Positions 9,346-18,835 of a stretch of DNA of 64,000 nt are shown in pieces (within the stretch, counting starts at the first letter, position 1; every line of letters begins with the position of its first letter). The notes under the pieces are model-generated. The model was not told the DNA's origin. It did not search any database and worked only from the letters and a program-made list of their open reading frames with translations. Made by a program: the position numbers and the translations under genes. The stretch covers positions 65,868 through 129,867 of the forward strand of contig CAXBQP010000003.1 of assembly GCA_963978095.1 (NCBI GenBank). The letters are read 5' to 3'. This DNA is from an uncultured bacterium (GTDB lineage: Bacteria > Gemmatimonadota > Gemmatimonadetes > Gemmatimonadales > Gemmatimonadaceae).

Positions 9346-9825
9346 CTACCGGCACCACTCCCAGAGGAAATAGTCCTGGTGGTACCAGTGGTCGGTGAGG
9401 GTGGTGATGCAACGGAATCCCGCGCGATCCAAGGTCGCGCGGGATTCGACGTTCTCGGTGCGGGAGTCGCACCAGATCTTGTGGGCGTCGCGCGCGGGAA
9501 GCGTGTCCTTGAGCGCGGAGATGAGCGCGCCGCCGAGTCCGCGCCCGCGCGCCCGTTCGGCAACGCCGAACCAATCGAGCCAGATGGTGCCGTCGTCGAA
9601 CCGGCTCACGCAGAAGCCGGTGAGCCCGGCGTCGTCGCGCGAGACCAGCACGGCGAGAGCGTCATCCGCGGTGCGCGCGCCGAGCGACTGAGCCGTGTAC
9701 TTCCGCAGCTCGGCGGCAATAGCGGGCGCGTTGTAGTAGCGGAGCGGTTCGATCGTCGCGCGCATGAGCGCGGCCACGTCGGAGAGTTCGTGGGGGGCGG
9801 CGGGGGTGATGGCGGCAGCTATCAT
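9346..9825 (-). CDS. GNAT family acetyltransferase
   Basis: V...ARGRGLGGAL acetyl-CoA motif; N.ES.ATL.RAGF. Confidence 0.85.
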   Translation of the reverse strand: MIAAAITPAAPHELSDVAALMRATIEPLRYYNAPAIAAELRKYTAQSLGARTADDALAVLVSRDDAGLTGFCVSRFDDGTIWLDWFGVAERARGRGLGGALISALKDTLPARDAHKIWCDSRTENVESRATLDRAGFRCITTLTDHWYHQDYFLWEWCR

Positions 9826-9929
9826 TCATTCTCCCGGTGTGGCACCAGCGCACGTCGCAACGTGCGGAATTTCCCTGCATCGCCGCAAGACCCATGCGAA
9901 CATCCCTCACCTGTGTATCGACCGCAATC

Positions 9930-10451
9930 ATGCGTCCTTCCCGTGTCATCCAGATGGCGGCGTTGACCTGGCTGCTCTCGGTTGCGGCTCTTGCTGTTGC
10001 GCCCGGTCCGGCGACGGCCCAGCGGGCCTCAAGCCGTTCGACGGATTCGGTGAGTGCGATCGCAGCGGCAACCTCGCTCTTGGAGGCGATCTCCACCCGC
10101 GATGCCGCCCGTGCACGGCCGCTGATGCTCCCCGGGGCACAGCTCGTCTCCGTGAGCGATCCTGCGATGGCGACGGCGGCGCCGCGCGTCCAGACCGACA
10201 GCGCCTTCCTTGCCTCCCTCGCTGCGCCCGGACCCCGATACCTCGAGCGCATGTGGGAGCCGGTGCTCTTTCTCCAAGGGCCCATGGCCACAATCCATGC
10301 GCCGTACGATTTTCACGTCGACGGAGCGTTCTCCCACTGCGGCGTGGACACCTTCACGCTCGTGAAATCGCAGGGTGTATGGCGGGTGTCGCATATCGCC
10401 TACACCGTCCAGCGCACGGGGTGTGCGCCGAGCCCACTCGGCGCCCCCTGA
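9930..10451 (+). CDS. Exported NTF2-like (SnoaL/lumazine-binding-like) protein
   Basis: Signal peptide; APYDF..DG.FSHCGVD.F.LV....W.. pattern typical of this NTF2-like group. Confidence 0.8.
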   Translation: MRPSRVIQMAALTWLLSVAALAVAPGPATAQRASSRSTDSVSAIAAATSLLEAISTRDAARARPLMLPGAQLVSVSDPAMATAAPRVQTDSAFLASLAAPGPRYLERMWEPVLFLQGPMATIHAPYDFHVDGAFSHCGVDTFTLVKSQGVWRVSHIAYTVQRTGCAPSPLGAP

Positions 10452-10467
10452 GAGCTGCAGGGCGCGA

Positions 10468-10890
10468 CTACTTGGCGCTCTTCACGACGAAGTCGAACGC
10501 TCCCTTGACCGGGTGCCCGTCGTCCCCGGCGACGCTCCAGCTGACCGTGTACTTGCCGGCGGGGAGCGTGGTCGAAATCGCCGCGACGACCGGCGCGTCC
10601 TTGAGCTTCTCGTCGCGCGCCACGGGAGCAGTCTTCACAGCGCCGGCAGCGCCGGTGAGCTTGACGGTGGTCACCTTGAGATCGACCTTCTCATTGAACC
10701 AGAGCGAAACGGAAGTCGGCGCCGTCGCCAGGGTGTCGTTCGCGGCCGGCGCGGACTTCACGAGCTTCGTGTGGAAGGGCAACGTCGCCGTCGGCGCACT
10801 GGGCGCGATCGGTGCTGCGGCCGCCGAGAGGGTGCTGATCGAGGCGACTGCCAGAGCAGCGAAACGGAGTCCACGGAAGGTGCGAAGCAT
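10468..10890 (-). CDS. copC: Copper resistance protein CopC
   Basis: H..LVKS.PA....L..AP..V.L.FNE, G.Y.VSW and DGHP..G motifs; signal peptide. Confidence 0.9.
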   Translation of the reverse strand: MLRTFRGLRFAALAVASISTLSAAAAPIAPSAPTATLPFHTKLVKSAPAANDTLATAPTSVSLWFNEKVDLKVTTVKLTGAAGAVKTAPVARDEKLKDAPVVAAISTTLPAGKYTVSWSVAGDDGHPVKGAFDFVVKSAK

Positions 10891-11069
10891 TGGCGTCAGC
10901 GTCAGAAAGGGGGAGGGATGGTCGGGAGCTCGCGAGTGTAGTATAACCCATAGCCCCGGTCATTCGGCCATCAGGATTCCTCCCCCCCTCGGCGTGATCC
11001 CCGGCTGGAACCTCCGATCCCGCGGTCCCGTAGAGAGGAAGTGCGATGTGTTCCCGTCTCCCCCGTGCC

Positions 11070-11741
11070 ATGACGCCGCTCCGCTTCTCACAGCTCCCGA
11101 CGTTGGCGATGCTCGTCGTCGCTGTCCATACGGCGACCGTGCGTCCCGCCGCGGCGCAGGCCGCTTCGTCGCCGCCACCGCTCACCGGATTGGCGGGGGC
11201 GATCGCCAAGGCTCGAGCGGACAGCGCACGCTTGCCGTACGTGAAGGCCGATATCGAGTTCATGTCCACGATGATCCACCATCACGCGCAGGCGATCGTC
11301 ATGGCCAAGTGGGCGCCGACCCACGGCGCGAATCCGGAAGTGCAGCGATTGTGCGAGCGGATCGTCAATGCGCAAACGGATGAGATCGCCCTGATGTCAC
11401 GCTGGCTCGAAGCACGCAGTCAGAGGGTCCCCGTACCGAATCCGGCGGGGATGACGATGCAGATGGGAGGGATGGAGCATACGATGCTCATGCCCGGCAT
11501 GCTCACCGAGGATCAGATGCGCGAGCTCGATGCCGCCCGCGGTGCGGCGTTCGATCGGCTCTTGCTGACGGGCATGATCCAGCACCATCGCGGTGCCGTG
11601 TCGATGGTGAAGGAGTTGTTCACGGCCTATGGTGCAGCGCAGGATGAGACCGTGTTCAAGTTCGCCAATGATGTGGAGGTCGATCAGACCACCGAGATCA
11701 CGCGGATGTTTCAGATGCTGTTGACGATAGGCGCGCCGTAG
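11070..11741 (+). CDS. DUF305 domain protein (ferritin-like, Met/His-rich), exported
   Basis: AD.EFM..MIHHH.QA..MA, Q..EI..M, MPGM and FD...L..MIQHH.GA..M. Confidence 0.92.
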   Translation: MTPLRFSQLPTLAMLVVAVHTATVRPAAAQAASSPPPLTGLAGAIAKARADSARLPYVKADIEFMSTMIHHHAQAIVMAKWAPTHGANPEVQRLCERIVNAQTDEIALMSRWLEARSQRVPVPNPAGMTMQMGGMEHTMLMPGMLTEDQMRELDAARGAAFDRLLLTGMIQHHRGAVSMVKELFTAYGAAQDETVFKFANDVEVDQTTEITRMFQMLLTIGAP

Positions 11742-11801
11742 CGGGTCCGCGGGCGCCGTCATGGTGTGGTTCCGCACAACTTTCCCCCTGAGGAGGATGT
11801 A

Positions 11802-13775
11802 ATGCAGCGTTCGTTCCGTTCCCTGGCCGCGATGTGCACGATGACGGTCATCGCCGCGTGCTCGCCCCCAGCCAAGGTCGCGCAGACTCCGGCGCCGATG
11901 GGCAAGCCGGATCCGCGCGTCGGGCTGAAGGCCGGCCTGATGGATGCTGGTGAAGCGGTCTCGAACCTTCGCATCAATGCGAAGGTCGCCTCGCCGCCGG
12001 GATTCCTGGGCCAGACCAACTCCGACCTGGCTTTCACGGGACATTATGCGATCCAGGGCAACTACAACGGTCTGCAGGTGTGGGACATCGCGAACCCGAA
12101 CAAGCCGACGCTGGTGACGGCTTTCCCATGTCCGGCGTCGCAGAATGACGTGTCCGTGTACAAGAACCTGCTTTTCATGTCCGCCGAGGCGACCAATGGC
12201 CGGGTGGACTGCATGGGGGGTGGCGTGCCGGAGCCGGTGTCCAAGGATCGGATCCGCGGGATCCGCATCTTCGACATCACCGACATCGCGCATCCGAAGT
12301 TGATCAAGAATGTGCAGACGTGCCGTGGGTCGCATACGCACACGGTACTCGAGAGTCCGGCCGACAAGGAGAACATCTACATCTACATCTCCGGGTCGTC
12401 GGCCATTCGTTCGGCGAACGAACTGCCGGGCTGCGTGAGCGCGGCGCCGGACAAGGATCCCAGCTCGTCGCTGTGGCGCATTGAAGTGATCAAGGTGCCG
12501 GTCGCCCATCCGGAGGACGCGGCGGTCGTGAATCGGTCGAACATCTTCGAGGGACTCAAGGTAACGCCGACTCACGGCGAGTCGGAGATCGATCGCGAGA
12601 AGGGAGCGAAGGCCGCCGCCGAGGCGCGGGCGAAGGGCGGTTTCACGGCGAACGTCCCCGGAATGGGCGAGGTGGTGCTCCCACCGAACTTCACGGGACC
12701 GATGCTCGACAACGTCGTGAAGGCGCGTGGCGGTTCCGGTGCACCGACGGCGGCGGACAGTGCGTCACTCCGCGCGAGCCTCCCCAAGATCATCGAAGGG
12801 ATGATGGGACCGCAGCAGAAAGCGGGGGACCCTGTCGCTGCCGGGCGGCAGTGCCACGACATCACGGTGTATCCGTCGAAGGGACTCGCCGGGGGGGCCT
12901 GCGAAGGCCATGGGATCCTGCTGGATATTCGTGATCCGGCGAACCCGAAGCGCTTGGACGCCGTCGCGGATTCGAACTTCGCCTACTGGCATTCGGCGAC
13001 CTTCAACAACGACGGCACGAAGATCCTCTTCTCCGACGAATGGGGCGGGGGCGGCGCGCCGAAGTGCCGGGCCACGGACAAGAAGGAATGGGGATCCGAC
13101 GCGATCTTCACGATCGAAAACAACAAGATGAAGTTCCAGGGGTACTACAAGCTCCCGGCCGCGCAGACGGAGCTCGAGAACTGCGTGGCGCACAATGGAT
13201 CGCTGATTCCGATCCCGGGGCGCGATGTGATGGTGCAGGCATGGTACCAAGGCGGGATCTCGGTGTTCGATTGGACCGATGCCAAGAACCCCAAGGAGAT
13301 CGCGTTCTTCGATCGCGGACCGGTGGACGGCACCCATTTCACGATGGGGGGATCCTGGTCCGTGTATTGGTACAACGGCTCGATCGTGAGCTCGGAGATC
13401 GCCCGTGGGCTCGACGTGGCGGAGCTGACGCCGAGTGAGTTCATCTCGCAGAACGAGATTGATGCGGCGAAGACCGTGCGGTGGAGCTACCTGAACGCGC
13501 AGGGGCAGCCGCAGATCTCGTGGCCGCCGAGTTTTGCGTTGGCGCGCTCGTATGTGGATCAGCTCGAGCGCAACAAGTGTTTGGCGGACGGCCGGATCTC
13601 GGCGATCCGTGGTTCACTGAGCAGCGCCGAGAAGGCGTCGGGGCCGGCGCGGTCGCAGGCGCTCGCCGCGATTACCGCGCAGCTCGATGCGGATGCCAAG
13701 GGGTCGTGTGACGCGCCGCGTGTGAACATGCTCAAGAATGCCGTGTCGCAGCTGGGGAACGCGATCGTGCCGTAA
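11802..13775 (+). CDS. LVIVD-repeat beta-propeller lipoprotein
   Basis: RBS AGGAGG; lipobox IAAC; SDLAF, YNGLQVWDI.NP..P, QNDVSV, GSHTHT, CHD, YWHSATF and CVAHN. Confidence 0.85.
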   Translation: MQRSFRSLAAMCTMTVIAACSPPAKVAQTPAPMGKPDPRVGLKAGLMDAGEAVSNLRINAKVASPPGFLGQTNSDLAFTGHYAIQGNYNGLQVWDIANPNKPTLVTAFPCPASQNDVSVYKNLLFMSAEATNGRVDCMGGGVPEPVSKDRIRGIRIFDITDIAHPKLIKNVQTCRGSHTHTVLESPADKENIYIYISGSSAIRSANELPGCVSAAPDKDPSSSLWRIEVIKVPVAHPEDAAVVNRSNIFEGLKVTPTHGESEIDREKGAKAAAEARAKGGFTANVPGMGEVVLPPNFTGPMLDNVVKARGGSGAPTAADSASLRASLPKIIEGMMGPQQKAGDPVAAGRQCHDITVYPSKGLAGGACEGHGILLDIRDPANPKRLDAVADSNFAYWHSATFNNDGTKILFSDEWGGGGAPKCRATDKKEWGSDAIFTIENNKMKFQGYYKLPAAQTELENCVAHNGSLIPIPGRDVMVQAWYQGGISVFDWTDAKNPKEIAFFDRGPVDGTHFTMGGSWSVYWYNGSIVSSEIARGLDVAELTPSEFISQNEIDAAKTVRWSYLNAQGQPQISWPPSFALARSYVDQLERNKCLADGRISAIRGSLSSAEKASGPARSQALAAITAQLDADAKGSCDAPRVNMLKNAVSQLGNAIVP

Positions 13776-13792
13776 GTGATCAGGGGGAAAAC

Positions 13793-13833
13793 CGCGAGGG
13801 GCGGGCACCGCGATCCGGTGTCCGCCCCTCGCG
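13793..13833. terminator. GC-rich hairpin between convergent genes
   Basis: CGCGAGGGGCGGGCACCG-CGATC-CGGTGTCCGCCCCTCGCG. Confidence 0.65.
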
Positions 13834-13856
13834 CCGTCTTGGGGTGTGTGGATCCG

Positions 13857-14684
13857 CTATGCGATCATCTCCGGCTCGTGGACCTTTTCGGCCACGGCGC
13901 CATTGACGACACTCACGTAGTAGACTTTGGCGCCGGCGCGCGTGGAGACTACGCGCTTGACGGTCTGGTCCTCGAAGTAGATGCCGGCGTCGTTGTCACA
14001 GGCGTAGCCAGGCTTCATGGTGCCTTCCCCGATGAGCTTGTGATACAGCGGCCGGCGGCCGGCTTCGGCGTCGTAGTGTGGCGAGTGGCTGCCGGTGAGG
14101 AAGCCCATGCATTTCACGATGGAGAGTGCCTTGGGGCGCGAATCAGTGGTCCCTTCTTCGAACCAGCAGAGTGAGCCGGCGGATGCGCCACCCAAGACGA
14201 TCCCTTTGTCCCACGCGTGGCGGAGCACGGTGTCGATTCCCTGCGCCTTCCAGATGGCTTGTTGGTTCAGGGTGTTGCCCCCCGAGACGACGATGCCGTC
14301 CATCGAGAGGAAGACCTCGTCCCAGCCTTGGTGCTGCGAGAGGCTTTCGATGAAGCTCTTCTGCACATGCGCCTCGACATCGAGTGGCGCACAGTGCTCA
14401 TAGAACTTGATGATCCCCTCCTCGGCGTCCGCTGATGCGGTGGGGAGGTAGCAGATGCGCGGCCGCTTCTTGCCGGAGAGGGCCGCCATGTAGCGGATGT
14501 AGGCGGTATTGAATCCGCCGCCCGCGATGAGGATCTTGCGCGTACCGGCGGTGCTGGCGGCGCCCGCCTGGGTGTCGGGGGAACGGGTATCCACGAGGAG
14601 ATCTCCTGGCGTGATCACGGAGTGACCGAGCGTCAGCGAGCCGATGGCCGAAGCGGTGAGGAATTCGCGGCGATCCATACTCAT
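13857..14684 (-). CDS. Peptidase E / S51 family protein with a Tat signal
   Basis: MDRREFL twin-arginine motif; PTAS, VSGGNT, GASAGS (nucleophile Ser) and PHY. Confidence 0.9.
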   Translation of the reverse strand: MSMDRREFLTASAIGSLTLGHSVITPGDLLVDTRSPDTQAGAASTAGTRKILIAGGGFNTAYIRYMAALSGKKRPRICYLPTASADAEEGIIKFYEHCAPLDVEAHVQKSFIESLSQHQGWDEVFLSMDGIVVSGGNTLNQQAIWKAQGIDTVLRHAWDKGIVLGGASAGSLCWFEEGTTDSRPKALSIVKCMGFLTGSHSPHYDAEAGRRPLYHKLIGEGTMKPGYACDNDAGIYFEDQTVKRVVSTRAGAKVYYVSVVNGAVAEKVHEPEMIA

Positions 14685-14829
14685 GACGTTACGGGTTCGG
14701 GTCAGTGCAACGAACCGTACGAAGGTGCGCAGAGAACGGGGCCGAGTCAACGCGGGGCCGCGGTTGGCGTACGGGGGTCCGATCCCCACAATTCAGGACG
14801 GGTAGAATCTTCATCTCTCTTGGAGTCCC

Positions 14830-15267
14830 ATGACGCGACGCATGATCAGCTCAGGTTCGACCTTCGAAGCCGAGGTGGGCTATTCGCGCGCGGTGGTCGA
14901 CGGGAAGTGGGTGTTCGTGTCGGGCACCACGGGCTTTGACTATGCGACGATGACCATTTCGGAGGATGTCGCCGAGCAGGCGGAGCAGACCTTTCGGAAT
15001 ATTGCGGAGGCGCTCGGGAAGGCCCGTGCAGGGTGGGAGGATGTGGTGCGCGTGCAGTACATCTTTCCGGACGCTGCGGACTTCAAACCCTGCTGGCCCG
15101 TTTTCCGGAAGTATCTGGGCGAGGTGCGGCCTGCGGCGACCATGTTGGTGGCCGGGTTATCGGACCCCCGGATGAAGATCGAGGTGGAAGTCACGGCGCG
15201 TCGTGCGCGGCGCGCGACGCGGGGCGGGGGTACGGATTCCAGTGACGGGGAACTCCCGAACCGCTAA
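14830..15267 (+). CDS. RidA/YjgF family protein
   Basis: GYSRAV, FVSGTTG, RPAAT and KIEVEVTA. Confidence 0.93.
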   Translation: MTRRMISSGSTFEAEVGYSRAVVDGKWVFVSGTTGFDYATMTISEDVAEQAEQTFRNIAEALGKARAGWEDVVRVQYIFPDAADFKPCWPVFRKYLGEVRPAATMLVAGLSDPRMKIEVEVTARRARRATRGGGTDSSDGELPNR

Positions 15268-15341
15268 GTTGCTATTTGAACGCAGAGGACGCTGTCCCTG
15301 TGCGCCCTGATTCCCCCAGCCACCACCGAACGCCCCGCCAG

Positions 15342-16694
15342 ATGCTCCGATTCGCACGCTCCCTGCTGCTCAGTATCGCCGCTGTATCGGGCGCCGGCGC
15401 GCCGCGTGCCGCGCAGGCGCATGTCGCAGACGCCGGCCGTGCCGCTGCCGACACCGTTCGCGGCATCGTTTTTGACAGCCTCCTCAAGGCACCGCTCGCC
15501 GGACTCACCGTGATGGCGGACATCGAAGGGGCGACGAGCACAACGGATGAGTTCGGCGCGTTCATGTTGGTGACGAAAGGGACGATCCGGCGCATCTCGG
15601 CGTTCGGGGAGTTCCTCGACCGCACCGGGATCGGCAGTCTGAGCGCGACACTGACCGCGCAGTCGAACCGCGGGGCGATGATTCTGGCGACACCATCGAT
15701 CGAGACGGTGCGGGCGCGATTGTGTCCCGGTGTGAAGTTCGAAGCCGGTCGCGAGGCGATCATCTTCGGGAGTGCGCGTTCTGCGGCCAAGAATGCGGTC
15801 TTGCTCTCAGGGGTACGCATTCACGCGTCGTGGGACCCCGGCGCCCCCGGAGATGACCCCGACCGTGCCCGCGTGGTGGATGTGAAGACCGATTCAACGG
15901 GCAACTACTATGTGTGCAGTGTGCCGCCGATCGCCCCCGTGTACGTGATCGCCTACAGCAAGCAATACAACTCCGGGACGATTGCCGTGCCGGGCGACAG
16001 TGTCCCGCTCCGCAAGCAAGACTTGGTGCTGGGTGCCGAAGGGAAGACGGGGACCGTCCGTGGCATCGTGCGCGACACCCGGCGACAGGGGATCACCACC
16101 GCCATCGTCGATATTGACGGCGTGGAGATCGGCACCGGTACCGATGCACAGGGACGCTTTGTGATTCCGAACGTCCCCGCCGGCTCGCGCTCGTTGATGG
16201 CGCGTGCGATCGGATATTCGCCGGTGATCACCCAGGTGGATGTGACCGAGGACAACGCCCCGAATGTGACGATCGAGCTCACGAAATCGGTGTTTCTCCC
16301 CGGAGTGAAGGTGACGGAGCGGACGGCCGTCCCGATGATGAAGGCCGACTACGAAGAGCGCAAAAAGCTGGGGTTCGGCACTTTCATCGATACGGCGCAG
16401 ATCAATCCGCTGCATAACACCCGGTCCATCTTTCAGGGGCGTGCCGGATTGATGATCGAGGGGAACCCGCCGCAGATGACCCTCTATATGTCTGCCACCA
16501 CCGGTTACTGCCAACCCACCGTGAAGATTGACGGGTTCACGAGTGATACACAGGTGCTGGCGGAATACCCCAAGGGGAACATCGCCGCTGTGGAGATTTA
16601 CACCAAGGCTTCGTTGGCTCCGGCCAAATACGCGCCGATCATGAGTACCTGCGGGTTGATTCTGGTGTGGTCGAAGGGGTCGTTCGCGCGGTAG
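15342..16694 (+). CDS. Exported protein with carboxypeptidase-regulatory-like domains and a C-terminal TonB plug-like domain, no barrel
   Basis: Repeated G.V.D / TD..G.F / IGY.P units; C-terminal IAAVEIY...CGLILVWSK. Confidence 0.8.
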   Translation: MLRFARSLLLSIAAVSGAGAPRAAQAHVADAGRAAADTVRGIVFDSLLKAPLAGLTVMADIEGATSTTDEFGAFMLVTKGTIRRISAFGEFLDRTGIGSLSATLTAQSNRGAMILATPSIETVRARLCPGVKFEAGREAIIFGSARSAAKNAVLLSGVRIHASWDPGAPGDDPDRARVVDVKTDSTGNYYVCSVPPIAPVYVIAYSKQYNSGTIAVPGDSVPLRKQDLVLGAEGKTGTVRGIVRDTRRQGITTAIVDIDGVEIGTGTDAQGRFVIPNVPAGSRSLMARAIGYSPVITQVDVTEDNAPNVTIELTKSVFLPGVKVTERTAVPMMKADYEERKKLGFGTFIDTAQINPLHNTRSIFQGRAGLMIEGNPPQMTLYMSATTGYCQPTVKIDGFTSDTQVLAEYPKGNIAAVEIYTKASLAPAKYAPIMSTCGLILVWSKGSFAR

Positions 16695-16780
16695 GGGAGG
16701 CGATGCAGTCGCGCCGGATGTAACTTGGTGCGGGGCGCGATGCGAGCGCCCCGCACTCTTTTTCCCGGGAACGAACGGTC

Positions 16781-17707
16781 ATGGCCAAGATCGCAGAATC
16801 GGAATGGATCTGGCGCGACGGCGAGTGGTTGCCGTGGCACAGCGCGAACATCCACATCCTCGCCCACTCGGTGCAGTTCGGATCGGCGGTGTTCGAAGGG
16901 ATCCGCTGTTACCCCACGGCGGATGGCCCCGCGATCTTCCGGTTGAGGGAGCATCTCAAGCGGATGTTCGATTCGTGCCGGATCTACCGCATGCCCATGA
17001 CGTTCACGCCCGAGCAGATCCTGCAGGCGACGCGCGAGCTCGTGAACAAGAACCACCTGGATACCTGCTACATCCGTCCGATGGTGCTGCGCGGCTATGG
17101 TGCGGCGGGGATGGTGCCCTTCGAGAGTCCGGTGGAGGTGTATCTCCCCTGCTGGCCGTGGACGGACTATCTCGGCGCGGGCGCGCTCGAGAAGGGCGTG
17201 GATGCGTGCGTCGCGAGTTGGAACCGCGTGGCGCCGAACACCATTCCCGCGGTGGCGAAGATCGCCGGGAATTATCTGGGCGGCCAGCTCATCAAGATGG
17301 AAGCGCTACTCGACGGCTACGACGAAGCGATCGCGCTCGGTCCCGACGGGCTGATCAGCGAGGGCTCGGGGCAGAATGTGTTCGCCGTGAGCCAAGGCGT
17401 GTTGTACACGCCGCCCGTGGATGGCACGTTGCTCCCCGGGATCACGCGCGACACGGTGGTGACGATCGCGAAGGACCTGGGGATCGAGGTGCGGGTGCAG
17501 CCGCTGGCGCGCGAGACGCTCTACACCTCGGATGAGATCTTCCTGAGCGGCACGGCGACGGAAGTCGCACCGGTGCGGAGCGTGGACAAGATCCCCGTGG
17601 GTGATGGGAAGCCCGGGCCGGTGGCCGTGGCGATCGCGAAGCGGTATCTGGATGTGGTGCATGGGCGTGTGGCGGATACGCATGGGTGGTTGACGCATAC
17701 GAAGTGA
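16781..17707 (+). CDS. ilvE: Branched-chain amino acid aminotransferase
   Basis: FEGIRCY, YIRP, AKIAGNY (PLP lysine), EGSGQN, LPGITR and GTATEV.P. Confidence 0.96.
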   Translation: MAKIAESEWIWRDGEWLPWHSANIHILAHSVQFGSAVFEGIRCYPTADGPAIFRLREHLKRMFDSCRIYRMPMTFTPEQILQATRELVNKNHLDTCYIRPMVLRGYGAAGMVPFESPVEVYLPCWPWTDYLGAGALEKGVDACVASWNRVAPNTIPAVAKIAGNYLGGQLIKMEALLDGYDEAIALGPDGLISEGSGQNVFAVSQGVLYTPPVDGTLLPGITRDTVVTIAKDLGIEVRVQPLARETLYTSDEIFLSGTATEVAPVRSVDKIPVGDGKPGPVAVAIAKRYLDVVHGRVADTHGWLTHTK

Positions 17708-17714
17708 TCGACGT

Positions 17715-17757
17715 GAACGGGCGTCGCACCAGTGGATACTGGTGCGGGCGCCCGTTC
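17715..17757. terminator. Hairpin between convergent ilvE and ATP-grasp genes
   Basis: GAACGGGCGTCGCACCAGT-GGAT-ACTGGTGCGGGCGCCCGTTC. Confidence 0.65.
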
Positions 17758-17805
17758 TGACTTTCTTCGCGGTAAGCTGTCGCAGTGCGCGCGTCGCGCG
17801 TGCCG

Positions 17806-18810
17806 CTAGCGCCGCAGCCCGAGATTCAAGATCCGCTGCAACAACTCCGGATACTCGATCCCCGCCGCGCGCGCACTCGACGCGAACTCCTCCCGACTCG
17901 CGATCTCGGGATTCGGATTCGCCTCGAGGAAATAGAAGTGCCCGTCCGCCCCGAGCCGGAAATCCACGCGGCCGTACCCGGACAGTTCCAGGATCTTGTA
18001 GATCCGCTTGCTCACCTTCGCCAGCGTCTCCTGCTGCGCCTCCGTGATCTCGGCGCGCGTGAACTTCACTCCCCACCGCGCCTGATAGTCGAGGTCGTGC
18101 TTCACCCGCGCGGTGGCGATCAGCGGCTCCCCCTCGGGCATGTGCTCGGCCACCAGCTCCCACGCCGGGAAGCTCTGCACCCGCGCGTTGCCGACGAGCG
18201 ACACGTAGAACTCGCGCCCGTCGATGAACTGTTCGACGATTGCCGCCGTCCGAACCCGCTCATGGATGAACCGCACGCGCTCCGCCAATTTCTCATCGCT
18301 GTCGACGATCGACGTCTTGGCGATCCCCACTGACGAGTCCACCGTCAGCGACTTCACGATGAGCGGGAAGTGCAGTCGCGCCGGGCGCTTCACCTTGGCG
18401 CCGATCTCGAACACCGCGAAATCAGGGACCTTGATGCGGTGGTACGCGAGCAACTTCTTGGAAAGCGCCTTGCCGCGCGCGATGATCATCCCGCGCGGAT
18501 TGCATCCGGTGTAGGGGATCTGCAGCAGCTCGAGATAGCTCACGACGTTCTGGTCGAACAGCACCTCGCCGTGGAACTCCTCGAGCATGTTGAAGACGAT
18601 GTCGGGGTGGAAGCTCTCCACCGCCTCGCGGATGGGGCGCAGCTCGTACTGCACGCCGAGGATGAGCACCTCGTGCCCCATCGCTTTGAGGGTAGTGACG
18701 ACGTCGTACTCCGTCTTCACCACCATGAACTCCTGCGGGGTGAGATCCTCCTTGTGCTCCGGCGGGATCAGCTGCGGGTGCGTGAGCACGAGCACTTTGA
18801 GTTTCTTCAT
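17806..18810 (-). CDS. Ddl-like ATP-grasp ligase, non-canonical
   Basis: IPYTG, FPLIVK, SS.GI, VEQFIDGRE, GYGRVDFR and LEANPNP. Lacks the Ddl N-terminal GGxSxE motif. Start ATG 18810. Confidence 0.88.
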   Translation of the reverse strand: MKKLKVLVLTHPQLIPPEHKEDLTPQEFMVVKTEYDVVTTLKAMGHEVLILGVQYELRPIREAVESFHPDIVFNMLEEFHGEVLFDQNVVSYLELLQIPYTGCNPRGMIIARGKALSKKLLAYHRIKVPDFAVFEIGAKVKRPARLHFPLIVKSLTVDSSVGIAKTSIVDSDEKLAERVRFIHERVRTAAIVEQFIDGREFYVSLVGNARVQSFPAWELVAEHMPEGEPLIATARVKHDLDYQARWGVKFTRAEITEAQQETLAKVSKRIYKILELSGYGRVDFRLGADGHFYFLEANPNPEIASREEFASSARAAGIEYPELLQRILNLGLRR

Positions 18811-18835
18811 GCCGGGCGCCTCAGCCTGCGGCCCT

